DNA from: Myxococcota bacterium
GTDB taxonomy: Bacteria; Myxococcota_A; Polyangia; Nannocystales; Nannocystaceae
Assembly (NCBI GenBank): GCA_039028615.1
Contig: JBCCHT010000008.1
Coordinates: 32,001-96,000, forward strand
DNA: 64,000 nucleotides
Reading direction: 5' to 3'
Made by a program: the position numbers and the translations under genes. The notes under the pieces were generated by a model, which was not told the DNA's origin, searched no databases, and saw only the letters and a program-made list of their open reading frames with translations. How positions within the stretch are numbered: the stretch's first letter is position 1; each line of letters begins with the position of its first letter. Below, piece after piece: positions 29,208 to 38,304 of the stretch.

Positions 29208-30787
29208 GAGCCGCCTCCCCGGGCGATCGCCAGCACGATCCACACCGATAGACCGCCCAGCACCGCCCACACCAAGCGCTTGGCCACCCGTCGCCCGCGC
29301 GCGTTGGGAGACCACCGGCGCAGCCCCAGGCTCGCCAGCGGTCGACGCATCGCCATGGCACCGGGCCACCCGCGGGAGGGACTCGAGCCCGCCCCCCCGA
29401 TCGAGGACTCCCGGGCGGCTCGCTGGGCGCCCTCGTCCCAGCGCTCTTCCGAGCCGGACGGGGCCAACCACGCCGTGGCCGATTCGTCGAGCGACCCCCG
29501 GGGGCTGCGCGGCCAGGGCTCGGTGTCTTCGCGCTCGAGCGCCTCGTCGTCACTGCCACGAGCGGCCGAGGTGCCCGCGGTGGACGACGCCACCCGATGG
29601 GCCATCACCTGCTCGGTCGATCGAGCCCGCACCACCGCCTGGCTCTCGCCCGCGGTGACTCCCGCGCCTTGGCTCGCGCTCGCCTCCGGCTGCGACGCCC
29701 GCGACGACACCACGTACGGCACGGTGGCCTGCGAGACCCGGGGCTCTACCGTGCCTTGCCCCTCGTCCTCGATCCGCCGACGCAGTTCGTCGAGCAGCTC
29801 GCTGCGCACCCCCAACGAGAGCAGCTGGGTGAGCCCCGACCGCGGCTCACCGAAGACCTGCCGATACAGCGACTCGAGCTGTAGCCGACGGTTGCGATAC
29901 CCGGGCCACGACGCGAGGGTGGTGAGCGCCTGCCGGGCCGTCTTGATGCGCAGCTCGACCCGCGGCTCGAGCAAGCCGCGGCGCAACGACTCGATGACCT
30001 CGGGCACGCGCCGCTGCAGCCGCGGGATGCCGCCTTCGAAGATGGAAGCGATGAGCGCCTGATCGTCCTCGCACTCGCGGCGGAACTTCTGCCCTTCGAG
30101 CAGCTCGTGCAAGATGGCCCCGATCGCGAACAAGTCGGAGGCCGCCTCGGGCCGGCCCCGGGCCTGCTCTCGCGACAAATACCGCAGCGTGCCTCGCAGC
30201 CGCGGCCCCGCCCCGTCGCCGATCCCCGGGCCCAGCCCGGCCAGGCCGAAGTCCATGAGCTTGACCTCGCCGCGGGAGGTGATCATCGCGTTGCCCGGCG
30301 AGATGTCGCGATGCACCACGCCCTGCTCGCACCCGGCCACGGAAAAGTCGTGGGCGTACCCCACCGCATCGAGCAAGGCCCCGACCACGTGCATCGCCTC
30401 GGGGACCGCCAATGGTTGGCCTCCCGCCGCCTGTTGCACCCGCCGCCAAAACGTGCCCAGGTCGACGCCATCGACCCACTCCATGGCCATGAACAATCGA
30501 CCGCCCACCACCCCCACATCGAAGACGGACACGATGTTGGCGTGGCTGAGCATCATGGCCAGGCGCCCTTCGGCGACGAACAGCTCGCGGTAGCGGGCAT
30601 CGTCGGCGAACACGGGGCGAATGACCTTGATCGCACAGGGTTTGATCGCCCCCTCGACGCCGATGCGGGCCGCCGCCCAGACCTCGCCCATGCCCCCTTG
30701 GCCCAGCTGGCAAAGCAGCTCATAGCCCGCCTGGCGTAGCTGCCCCCGCCCCGGCCGGGCACTGGTGCCGTCTTCCATCACTCGCAT
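29204..30787 (-). CDS. Ser/Thr protein kinase with C-terminal TM anchor
   Basis: GQGGMG, CAIK, HRDISPGN, DFG, GTLRYLSREQ. Confidence 0.9.
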   Translation of the reverse strand: MRVMEDGTSARPGRGQLRQAGYELLCQLGQGGMGEVWAAARIGVEGAIKPCAIKVIRPVFADDARYRELFVAEGRLAMMLSHANIVSVFDVGVVGGRLFMAMEWVDGVDLGTFWRRVQQAAGGQPLAVPEAMHVVGALLDAVGYAHDFSVAGCEQGVVHRDISPGNAMITSRGEVKLMDFGLAGLGPGIGDGAGPRLRGTLRYLSREQARGRPEAASDLFAIGAILHELLEGQKFRRECEDDQALIASIFEGGIPRLQRRVPEVIESLRRGLLEPRVELRIKTARQALTTLASWPGYRNRRLQLESLYRQVFGEPRSGLTQLLSLGVRSELLDELRRRIEDEGQGTVEPRVSQATVPYVVSSRASQPEASASQGAGVTAGESQAVVRARSTEQVMAHRVASSTAGTSAARGSDDEALEREDTEPWPRSPRGSLDESATAWLAPSGSEERWDEGAQRAARESSIGGAGSSPSRGWPGAMAMRRPLASLGLRRWSPNARGRRVAKRLVWAVLGGLSVWIVLAIARGGGS

Positions 30788-30962
30788 CGAGCCACGCGAC
30801 CAATCAATGGTCTCGACGTCGATGTACCACCTGTCGACACGAGTGTGAACCGGGCATGTTCACCCACCAACACCACACTTTCTCGTCCTATGAATCTACA
30901 TCTTCATTCGACACAGTTCGTCTCGATCATCGGACGACTGGCACTTTGTAATCCACCCGCGC

Positions 30963-30978
30963 TGGCACGGAACATGCC
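30963..30978 (+). promoter_or_regulatory. Candidate sigma54 (-24/-12) promoter
   Basis: TGGCACGGAACATGCC = GG-N10-GC, in the AT-richer divergent intergenic region. Confidence 0.5.
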
Positions 30979-31205
30979 CCGAACGGCCTCAGCGGGCCAG
31001 AAATCGAGAATTCACACTTCCTGTGTCGTTGAATGGGAGCAACCGGTACCGACTGAACCAGTTGAGCGAAGAAAACGAAGCACGATTCTCGAATCTACCG
31101 ATGCGCTTGCCCAATTCGCCTAATCAAGACCGGGGGCCAATAGACCGCACCGGTACCAAATCTCCCACTAACACAGTCAGATCCAGCGTGATATCAACCC
31201 GCGAC

Positions 31206-32486
31206 ATGACGGATACGGTGGATCGCACGGCCGCGACGACGCGGACCGAACGAACGGCCACGGTCGTTCGCAAGCTGAGAAGCGTCAAGCTGCGCCGCCT
31301 CGACGGGCCCGATGCAGGGGCGGCCCAGACCTTCACCGTCCCGCGCATCACGGTCGGGCGCAGTCGAGCCTGCCACATGTTGGTGGCCGACGCCTCGGTG
31401 AGCGCCCTGCACTTCGAGCTGAGGATTCGAGGCGAGCACGTGGAGCTGCGCGACCTCGACAGCACCAATGGCACCCGCATCGGCGACCGCCGCATCTATC
31501 ACGTCGAGCTCCACCCCGGCGACCGCTTCCGGGCAGGCGACGTGGGGTTCGAGCTGCTCGAGGCGGCCGAGGTCGAGGTCCCCGTGTCCGCCGACGACCG
31601 CTTCGAAGAGATGTGGGGCGACAGCCCGATGATCCGCGAGGTCTTCGCCCAGCTCGATGGCCTGGCCGGCGCCACCATGGACGTGCTGATCGCAGGAGAG
31701 ACGGGCACGGGCAAGGAGGTCGCCGCTCGCTCGTTGCACCAACGCTCGGGTCGCACGGGCAGCTTCGTCGTCTACGACTGCGCCAGCCTGGCCCCGCACG
31801 CGCTCGAGCTGGCCTTCGAAGAAGCCGACGGCGGCACGCTGCTGCTCGACGAGCTGTCCGAGCTGCCGCCCGAGCAACAGCCTCGCTTGCTCCGCATGCT
31901 CGATCGCCGCGAGGTCCGGCGCAGCGGAGAGCTGCGCGAGCGGCTGGTCGACGTGCGCATCGTGGCCTCGACCCGGGCCGACCTGCCCAAGCACGTGGTC
32001 GCCCAGCGCTTCCGCGAGGACCTGTACTTCCGGGTGGCCCAGGCCATCGTCGAGCTGCCGCCCTTGCGCGAGCGGGGCGACGACGTCGAGCTGCTCGCCG
32101 CCCATTTCGTGGCGGAGCAAGCCAGCCTCCAGGGCTCCCGTCCCCTCGATCTCGCCGAGGATGCCCGTCATGCCCTCCGCGAGTATCGTTGGCCCGGCAA
32201 CGTCCGCGAGCTCCGCAACGTGGTGCAGCGCGCGGTGCATCTCGCTCGGGGCCCGCGGATTCGGGCGGCCGACCTCGCCCTCAGCGACCACGGCGATCTC
32301 ATGGGTCTCGAGGAGCTGCTCGCCCTGCCCTATCGCGACGCCCATACCCAGCTCGACCGCTACTACCTGCGCCGCATCATGACCGAGACCCGCGGCAACA
32401 TCACGCGCGCGGCCCAGCGCTTGGGCACCAGCCGACGTTCGCTTCGCGAGCGACTCAAACGCCTCAACCTGTACTCGGCCGAGTAG
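31206..32486 (+). CDS. FHA domain / sigma54-interaction (AAA+) / Fis-HTH transcriptional regulator with degenerate loop 1
   Basis: FHA (VGRS, SVSALH, DLDSTNGT), GETGTGKE, LLDE, RFREDLYFR, WPGNVREL, HTH; no GAFTGA. Confidence 0.9.
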   Translation: MTDTVDRTAATTRTERTATVVRKLRSVKLRRLDGPDAGAAQTFTVPRITVGRSRACHMLVADASVSALHFELRIRGEHVELRDLDSTNGTRIGDRRIYHVELHPGDRFRAGDVGFELLEAAEVEVPVSADDRFEEMWGDSPMIREVFAQLDGLAGATMDVLIAGETGTGKEVAARSLHQRSGRTGSFVVYDCASLAPHALELAFEEADGGTLLLDELSELPPEQQPRLLRMLDRREVRRSGELRERLVDVRIVASTRADLPKHVVAQRFREDLYFRVAQAIVELPPLRERGDDVELLAAHFVAEQASLQGSRPLDLAEDARHALREYRWPGNVRELRNVVQRAVHLARGPRIRAADLALSDHGDLMGLEELLALPYRDAHTQLDRYYLRRIMTETRGNITRAAQRLGTSRRSLRERLKRLNLYSAE

Positions 32487-32501
32487 CGGTCGCCGGTCCG
32501 C

Positions 32502-33035
32502 TCAAAACCGCAGCGACACCGAGACGCCGCCCGCCGGACGTCGCACCGAGGCCCACGGTCGCACCGAAAACGCGACGTTGTTGGCCTTCCACTTGCGATA
32601 GTCGCGATTGATTCGAATCCCCCGCGCGAGCAAGAAGCCCGACGTCCCCGCCAGCAGGGCGGCGAATCCAAACGAGAGGCCCGCTGCGATCGCCCCGTTG
32701 GTCTCGGGCGAGAGCACCGTGCACTCGGGACCGGAGATGGTGCCGTTCTGACAGTCGATGGCGCGTTGCCTCGAGGTCGTGATCTCCCAGATGCCGCGCC
32801 CGACGAGCAGACCCGACGTCGCCAGTACCACCGAACCCAAGCTCAGCTCGAGCACGCCGCGGCGCTCGCCGCCTTCGGAGCGATCGATGTCGGCGCGTCG
32901 TGCTTGCCGTCGCTCCTTGCCCTTCTTCTTCTGGGGCACAATCTGCGTCGGTTTCGCGGCGTGGGCCGTGCGCACGGGGGCGGCGATCGCCACCATCGTT
33001 CCCCCGACGACGGAGGCACGGACGCCGATCGCCAT
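32502..33035 (-). CDS. Hypothetical exported/membrane protein
   Basis: Signal-like segment, two hydrophobic helices flanking a Cys pair, C-terminal VSVSLRF. Start uncertain. Confidence 0.6.
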   Translation of the reverse strand: MAIGVRASVVGGTMVAIAAPVRTAHAAKPTQIVPQKKKGKERRQARRADIDRSEGGERRGVLELSLGSVVLATSGLLVGRGIWEITTSRQRAIDCQNGTISGPECTVLSPETNGAIAAGLSFGFAALLAGTSGFLLARGIRINRDYRKWKANNVAFSVRPWASVRRPAGGVSVSLRF

Positions 33036-33199
33036 GCGACGAGACCAACTCACCAACCCACGGTACCGCACCTCGACCGGCAAAGCGGCTTGCCAGTGGC
33101 CACACGGACCGAAGCCACCGCCGCACTCTGCAACGGTACGAACGGTGAGATCCCTTGCCTCCACTCAAGGGTTCCGGGCACTTCGGCCGACCGGCCACG

Positions 33200-33215
33200 T
33201 GGCACCCGCGTTGCA
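33200..33215 (+). promoter_or_regulatory. Sigma54 (-24/-12) promoter
   Basis: TGGCACCCGCGTTGCA closely matches consensus TGGCAC-N5-TTGCW, immediately upstream of ATG 33231. Confidence 0.75.
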
Positions 33216-33230
33216 GTACTTCAGGGCGCA

Positions 33231-33620
33231 ATGCTCATGGTCGGCGGATTGGTCTTGGGAGCGCTCATCTCCACCTCCAGCGCAACGGGCGCTCCTTCGG
33301 GAGAGCCGCTCGCCGATCCCTTCGTCGCGGATGCCACGGAGGTGGCCGCGCGCGTCGTTCAGGAGCCGCAGGACCTGCGGAACCCCTTCGAGCGCGACCG
33401 GGACCAGCTGCCCGCCAACAAGCGCAAGCGCCTCGTCTCCAATGCCGCCTCCGCCGGTCTGCGCGATCCGTTCCGCGCCAAGCGCCAAAACTCGCGCCTC
33501 ACGCCGAAGCCCGAGGATCTCCGCAGCCCCTTCGATGGGACGCGATCGCAGCGGTTGGTGCCCGCCCCGGCCACCAAACAGAGTTCCGACCCCAATTTGC
33601 GCGATCCCTTCGCGATCTGA
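33231..33620 (+). CDS. Small secreted protein with five L-[RA]-[DNS]-P-F repeats
   Basis: Hydrophobic N-terminus; LADPF, LRNPF, LRDPF, LRSPF, LRDPF. Confidence 0.7.
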   Translation: MLMVGGLVLGALISTSSATGAPSGEPLADPFVADATEVAARVVQEPQDLRNPFERDRDQLPANKRKRLVSNAASAGLRDPFRAKRQNSRLTPKPEDLRSPFDGTRSQRLVPAPATKQSSDPNLRDPFAI

Positions 33621-33746
33621 GCGCATCGCACCGCTGGATCGTCGCTAAACGCAACGCTCGCCGGGTCTTCTCGCCGAGCGTTGCTGGATCCCACAACCCA
33701 CACAATCTCTCGACATTGAACCCCTTCTTTCTCCTATATTGTATGG

Positions 33747-35126
33747 GTGAAAGATTGGGATGCCCGAGTCGCGTCAGGGGACAAACCCCGCTATGTCGCG
33801 ATCGCCGATGCATTGAGTGCCGACATTGCGGACGGCCGGCTCGCCGCCGGGCAGCAGCTGCCCACCCATCGCGACCTGGCTGAGACGCTGGGGGTCACCG
33901 TGGGCACGGTCAGTCGCGCGTATCGCGAGGCGGAGCATCGAGGTCTGGTGGTCGGCGAGGTCGGCCGCGGCACCTTCGTTCGGCGCCCCAGCTCCGGCGC
34001 CGACCCGGGCTCCGATGCTCGCGGCGGGCTCATCGATCTGGGGGTCAACTCGATGCGGATCCCCGATGGTTCGATGCTCGTGCCGCAAGCGCTGACCGAG
34101 CTGGCGCGCGACCCCGCCGTCGTTCGATTGCTCGAGGACTATCAACCTCAAGCGGGCCTGCCCGAGCATCGCGAAGCCGGGTCCAGCCTCATCGCCGAGG
34201 CAGGCTGGAAGGTGCACCCCGATCGCGTGCTCGTGTGTGCGGGCGCTCAGCATGCGACCACCGTGGCGCTGATGGGGCTGTGCCAGCCCGGGGACACCCT
34301 CCTGACCGGGGCGCTCACCCACCCCACCTTGATGGCGCTGGCCCGAACGCTGCGCTTGAACCTGGTGGGCGTGGCGCTGGACGAGCAGGGCATCGAGCCG
34401 AGCGCGTTCGAAGACGCCTGCATCGATCACCGACCGCAGGCGCTGTACTGCATGCCGACCCTGCACAACCCCACCACGCGCACCATGAGCGCGGAGCGGC
34501 GCGCCACGATCGCCCAGATCGCGCTGCGCTACGACGTGGCAGTGCTCGAGAGCGACGTGCACGGGTTCATGGCCGAGGACTCGCCCCCGCCGCTGTCGTC
34601 GTGGATGGACGCGGAGTACGGCTACTACCTCACCAGCTGCTCCAAGCGCATCGCCCCCGGCCTGCGGGTGGGCTACCTCGTCGTGCCCCGCGGTGAGCAG
34701 GGTCGGTTCCTCGACGCCCTGTGGAGCACCACCGGGATGGCACCGCCGCTCATGGCCGAGATCGCGAGCCGATGGATCCGCGACGGCACGGCGGCTTCGC
34801 TGGCCGAGGCCCGGCGGGCCGAGAGCGCCACCCGTCAGGGCATCGCCCGGGCCGTGCTGCACGACCACCCCTTCGAGTGCCAATCCACCGCCGGTCATGC
34901 CTGGCTGCCCTTGCCCCCCGCGTGGCGGGACACGGCGAGCTTCGTGGGTCGGGCCATGGCGGCCGGAGTCGCGGTCACCCCTCGGGATGCCTTCGCCGCA
35001 ACGAAGGGGGGAGCGCCCGCGGTCCGGCTCTCGCTCGGGGCCCCGCCCTCGCGCGAGATCGTGCGCCGCGGTCTCGAGATCGTGGCCGAGCTGCTCCACG
35101 GCGTGCATCCGCTCCGCGTGGTGTAG
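33747..35126 (+). CDS. MocR/GabR-family regulator (GntR HTH plus PLP aminotransferase domain)
   Basis: LPTHRDLA..LGVTVGTVSRAY..GRGTFV; PTLHNPT, SCSKRIAPGLRVGY. Confidence 0.93.
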   Translation: MKDWDARVASGDKPRYVAIADALSADIADGRLAAGQQLPTHRDLAETLGVTVGTVSRAYREAEHRGLVVGEVGRGTFVRRPSSGADPGSDARGGLIDLGVNSMRIPDGSMLVPQALTELARDPAVVRLLEDYQPQAGLPEHREAGSSLIAEAGWKVHPDRVLVCAGAQHATTVALMGLCQPGDTLLTGALTHPTLMALARTLRLNLVGVALDEQGIEPSAFEDACIDHRPQALYCMPTLHNPTTRTMSAERRATIAQIALRYDVAVLESDVHGFMAEDSPPPLSSWMDAEYGYYLTSCSKRIAPGLRVGYLVVPRGEQGRFLDALWSTTGMAPPLMAEIASRWIRDGTAASLAEARRAESATRQGIARAVLHDHPFECQSTAGHAWLPLPPAWRDTASFVGRAMAAGVAVTPRDAFAATKGGAPAVRLSLGAPPSREIVRRGLEIVAELLHGVHPLRVV

Positions 35127-35150
35127 GCCAGTGCTAAGCTTGGAACGCCC

Positions 35151-35777
35151 ATGGACGACTGGGAGTTGCTCGAAGCCTGGCGCCGCGGCGACCAAAAGTC
35201 CGGTCAGAAGCTGCTGAAGCGCTACCTGGGCGTGCTCACCCGGTTCTTCCGCAACAAAGTCAAAAACCACGAGGACGCGGCCGACCTCGTCTCGGAGACG
35301 ATGCTCGCGTGCACGCGGGCGCGACAGAACGTGCGGGATGCGGGCGCGTTCCGATCGTTCCTGTTCTCGTGCGCCATGAATACGCTGCGGCTGTACTACC
35401 GCAAGAAGGTCAAGCGGAACCGCGAGCTCGACGACTTCGAGGACATCTGCGTGGGTGAGTCCGAGGTCCCGCTGTCTCCCACCTCGATGATCGCGATTCG
35501 GCGTGAGGGTCAGCTGCTCGTTCGGGCGCTTCGCCGACTCCCGCTCGACCAACAGATCGCGCTCGAGCTGACCCACATCGAGGGCCTCAATGGACCGGAG
35601 ATCGCCGAGCTGCTCGGCGTGCCGCAGCAGACCATCTACGCCCGCCTGCGGCGAGGGGCCGAGAAGCTGCGCAAGCTGGTGGCCGAGCTCGCCGAGTCGC
35701 CCGACATCGCCGAGAGCACCATGACCGGGCTGCAAACCTGGGCCGCGCAGGTTCGCAACGAGCTGTCCTCCGACTGA
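35151..35777 (+). CDS. ECF RNA polymerase sigma factor
   Basis: ELLEAWRRGD, DAADLVSET, FRSFLF, LRRLPLDQQ..LEL...EIAELLGVP..TI..RLRR. Confidence 0.9.
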   Translation: MDDWELLEAWRRGDQKSGQKLLKRYLGVLTRFFRNKVKNHEDAADLVSETMLACTRARQNVRDAGAFRSFLFSCAMNTLRLYYRKKVKRNRELDDFEDICVGESEVPLSPTSMIAIRREGQLLVRALRRLPLDQQIALELTHIEGLNGPEIAELLGVPQQTIYARLRRGAEKLRKLVAELAESPDIAESTMTGLQTWAAQVRNELSSD

Positions 35778-35901
35778 CATCCTGGCCGACCGTCACGGGC
35801 GACTTCGATCGAGCGCGAACGATGCGCGATCGCGTGGTTCCGAAACGACACGGGTTGCGCGGCCGATTTCGAGGCTCGTGAGGCCATGGTACCCATGCTC
35901 G

Positions 35902-38091
35902 ATGGCACGGCAATGGCTCGCCGCTCTCGGCATGGCGATGGTGCTGACGCTCCCGGGCGTCGGCTGCAAGAAAGACGAACCCGCCTCGACCGAGGACGAC
36001 AGTGGGTCCTCTTCGAGTTCTTCGAAGGGCAAGAAGAAGAAAAAGGCCTCCGCTCGGCTGGACGCGGAGTCCCTCGACGAGATCGGCGAGCAGCCCGGCT
36101 TCATCGAGGGCGCCCCCGTCTACGCCGCCGTCTCGGCCCGCCATGCCCAGCAGTTCATCCAGCAGCTGCCGCTGCCCGGGGAAGCCATGCGGGAGATGTC
36201 CGAGGCTCGCCGCGAGATCGGCTTCAACCCGCTGACCGACGACATGCTCCAGCAGTTCGCGATCCCCGAAGACGCGGTGATCAGCATGAGCCTGGGTCGC
36301 CCCGCGGGGGCCGAGCACCGCGACGCGGTACGAACCGGCGTCCTCCGAGACGCTCGCTTCCTCGAGCGCGTGGCCGAGGTCATGGCGGCCGATTCCGGGG
36401 TCGCCGTGGAGCGAGCCGAGCCCGAAGTCATCAAGGAAATCGTCGTCCCGGAACTCGAGGAGGAGCCCCTTCCGATGCCCGAGCCCCCGCCTCCGGGCGG
36501 CGTGCTCGGTGGGGTTCCGGGTGGTGTGCCCGGCGGCGTTCCGGGTGGTGTGCCCGGCGGCGTCGTGGGAGGCGTCGCGTATGACCCGACGCCGCCACCC
36601 ATGAGCGCGGGCGAGCGCCGCGAGGTCGAAGAGCTGCTCGGCCACGCCGACGCCATGGCACTGCAGTTCCGCTTTCATATCCCCAGCGACGAGCCCGAGA
36701 AGCTCTTCGGCTTCATGCGTCGCGTCATCCCCAGCGGCCCGAAGCGTCGCGGCGAGGAGGCCTGCCGCGACCTCGAGGTCGAGCTGTGCACGCTGGGCGG
36801 CCGCGAGCTGATGGTGATGCACCGCGACGGCAAGGCCGCCGTCTTCGACCTGTTCGTGTTCGGCGGCCGCTACGACGCGCCCCCCAAGCCCAAGGCCGAG
36901 ACCGCCAAAGCGGGGATGAAGGCCGGCCCCGCGAAGCTCGAGGCCCTCGAAGGCATGGCCGGGCACGGCAGCCTCTACATCGACGGCGAGCGCGTGGTGG
37001 AGATGTTCGAGCACCAGCGGATCGCGGCGACCATCCGCGGCCTCGACGGCGCCTACGACGGAGCGCAGACCGACATCAAGCGGAGGCTCGACGCCGCCAA
37101 GGCCCTCCGCCGCATGCTCGAGGCCCCGCGCCTGTTCGACGGCATGCTCGCCAACGCCACCTACGAGCGCGACCGCATGCAGCTGCAGATGACCTGGACG
37201 CTGCGCGAGGACCAACAGGAGCTGGCCGAGCGCACCCTGGCCCCGCCCGCTCTGGTGGTCCCCGTGCCGACCCTCGACGCACTATGCGAGGGCTCGCTCG
37301 CCTGCATTCGCAGCCGCGGCATCCCGAACCCGCAGGAGATGGGCAGCGCGCTGGCCCTGGGGATCTATGCCGACCCCGGGGCGCTGGAAGACGCCATCGA
37401 CGACGCGGACGAGGGCGCCGCGCTGCTGCTGCTCGCCTCGACCTGGCCCAACGCCTTGGGCACCGTGGCCTGGCAGCTTCCGCAGCAAGAAGCGCGCGGT
37501 CCCGAGGGCGCGATCATACGAGGAGTCCTCGGCGCGGTCGCCCGCATCCAGGGCATGGGCGGCAGCCTGAAGAACCTCGGCGTCGGCCGCCGCAGCGTGC
37601 AGGCCGAGTTCGCCGCCTATGCGCGCGTGCAGGCCAGCGACCTCAGCCTGGTGAGCACCCTGCTGTCCATGGCCGACATGCGCATGAGCTCCACCTCCGT
37701 GGACGGGGTCGACGGCGAAGTCCTCATGCTGAAGGCACCCGACGACGAGGTCCCCATGGTGCTGATGACCCGCGAAGATCCAGAGCCGACCAAGACCGAC
37801 GACGGCGACGTGAAGCACGGCTGGCTGACCGCGGTCGACGGCTCCAAGACCTTCGCGTGGCTGCTTCAGCTGCCCACCGAGGCGTGCGAGGAGCCCTTGT
37901 TCCACGGCGAGATTCCCAACCTCTGGCGCTTGGTCTCGTCGTTCCCCGAGGCCGTCGACGAGCTCGGCTTCGCCCGCACCTGGTCCAACGATCGGCACTT
38001 CAAACTCTCTTTGAATATCGATGACGGGCAACCTCACCTCGTGATGGAAGTCGCCGTCGCGGAGCCCAGCTCCAAGAGCAAGTCGCCGTGA
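35902..38091 (+). CDS. Large hypothetical lipoprotein with internal Pro/GGVP repeat insert
   Basis: Lipobox GVGC then KKDE; Ser/Lys tract; strong codon bias. Confidence 0.75.
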   Translation: MARQWLAALGMAMVLTLPGVGCKKDEPASTEDDSGSSSSSSKGKKKKKASARLDAESLDEIGEQPGFIEGAPVYAAVSARHAQQFIQQLPLPGEAMREMSEARREIGFNPLTDDMLQQFAIPEDAVISMSLGRPAGAEHRDAVRTGVLRDARFLERVAEVMAADSGVAVERAEPEVIKEIVVPELEEEPLPMPEPPPPGGVLGGVPGGVPGGVPGGVPGGVVGGVAYDPTPPPMSAGERREVEELLGHADAMALQFRFHIPSDEPEKLFGFMRRVIPSGPKRRGEEACRDLEVELCTLGGRELMVMHRDGKAAVFDLFVFGGRYDAPPKPKAETAKAGMKAGPAKLEALEGMAGHGSLYIDGERVVEMFEHQRIAATIRGLDGAYDGAQTDIKRRLDAAKALRRMLEAPRLFDGMLANATYERDRMQLQMTWTLREDQQELAERTLAPPALVVPVPTLDALCEGSLACIRSRGIPNPQEMGSALALGIYADPGALEDAIDDADEGAALLLLASTWPNALGTVAWQLPQQEARGPEGAIIRGVLGAVARIQGMGGSLKNLGVGRRSVQAEFAAYARVQASDLSLVSTLLSMADMRMSSTSVDGVDGEVLMLKAPDDEVPMVLMTREDPEPTKTDDGDVKHGWLTAVDGSKTFAWLLQLPTEACEEPLFHGEIPNLWRLVSSFPEAVDELGFARTWSNDRHFKLSLNIDDGQPHLVMEVAVAEPSSKSKSP
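36496..36576 (+). repeat. In-frame GGV[PLV] tetrapeptide repeat including an exact 24-bp duplication
   Basis: gttccgggtggtgtgcccggcggc at 36514 and 36538. Confidence 0.85.
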
Positions 38092-38243
38092 GGCACCCAC
38101 GCTTGCCCACCTGTGGGCTCCAGGTGTGAGTCACTACGCCACGACGCGCGCGTCAGCGTGGCTTGGCGATCCAGGACATCGGCGCCCTACCAGGCGGGCA
38201 CTGCAGTCGCCCGAGATTGCGCCCATGCGGCCGGACCCCTTGA

Positions 38244-38280
38244 AATCACGGGATTGTTCTCGTGGGGTCCTGCTCTTGCA
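38244..38280 (+). promoter_or_regulatory. Candidate sigma54 promoter with upstream IHF-like site
   Basis: GG-TCCTGCTCTT-GCA (38266-38280) preceded by AATCACGGGATTG (38244-38256). Confidence 0.4.
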
Positions 38281-38304
38281 CTTCTAGCGGGCACCCAGCC
38301 CGCC

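Noticed and set aside
35903..35918. TGGCACGGCAATGGCT GG-N10-GC match
   Set aside because: Coincides with the first codons of the lipoprotein signal peptide; probably chance.
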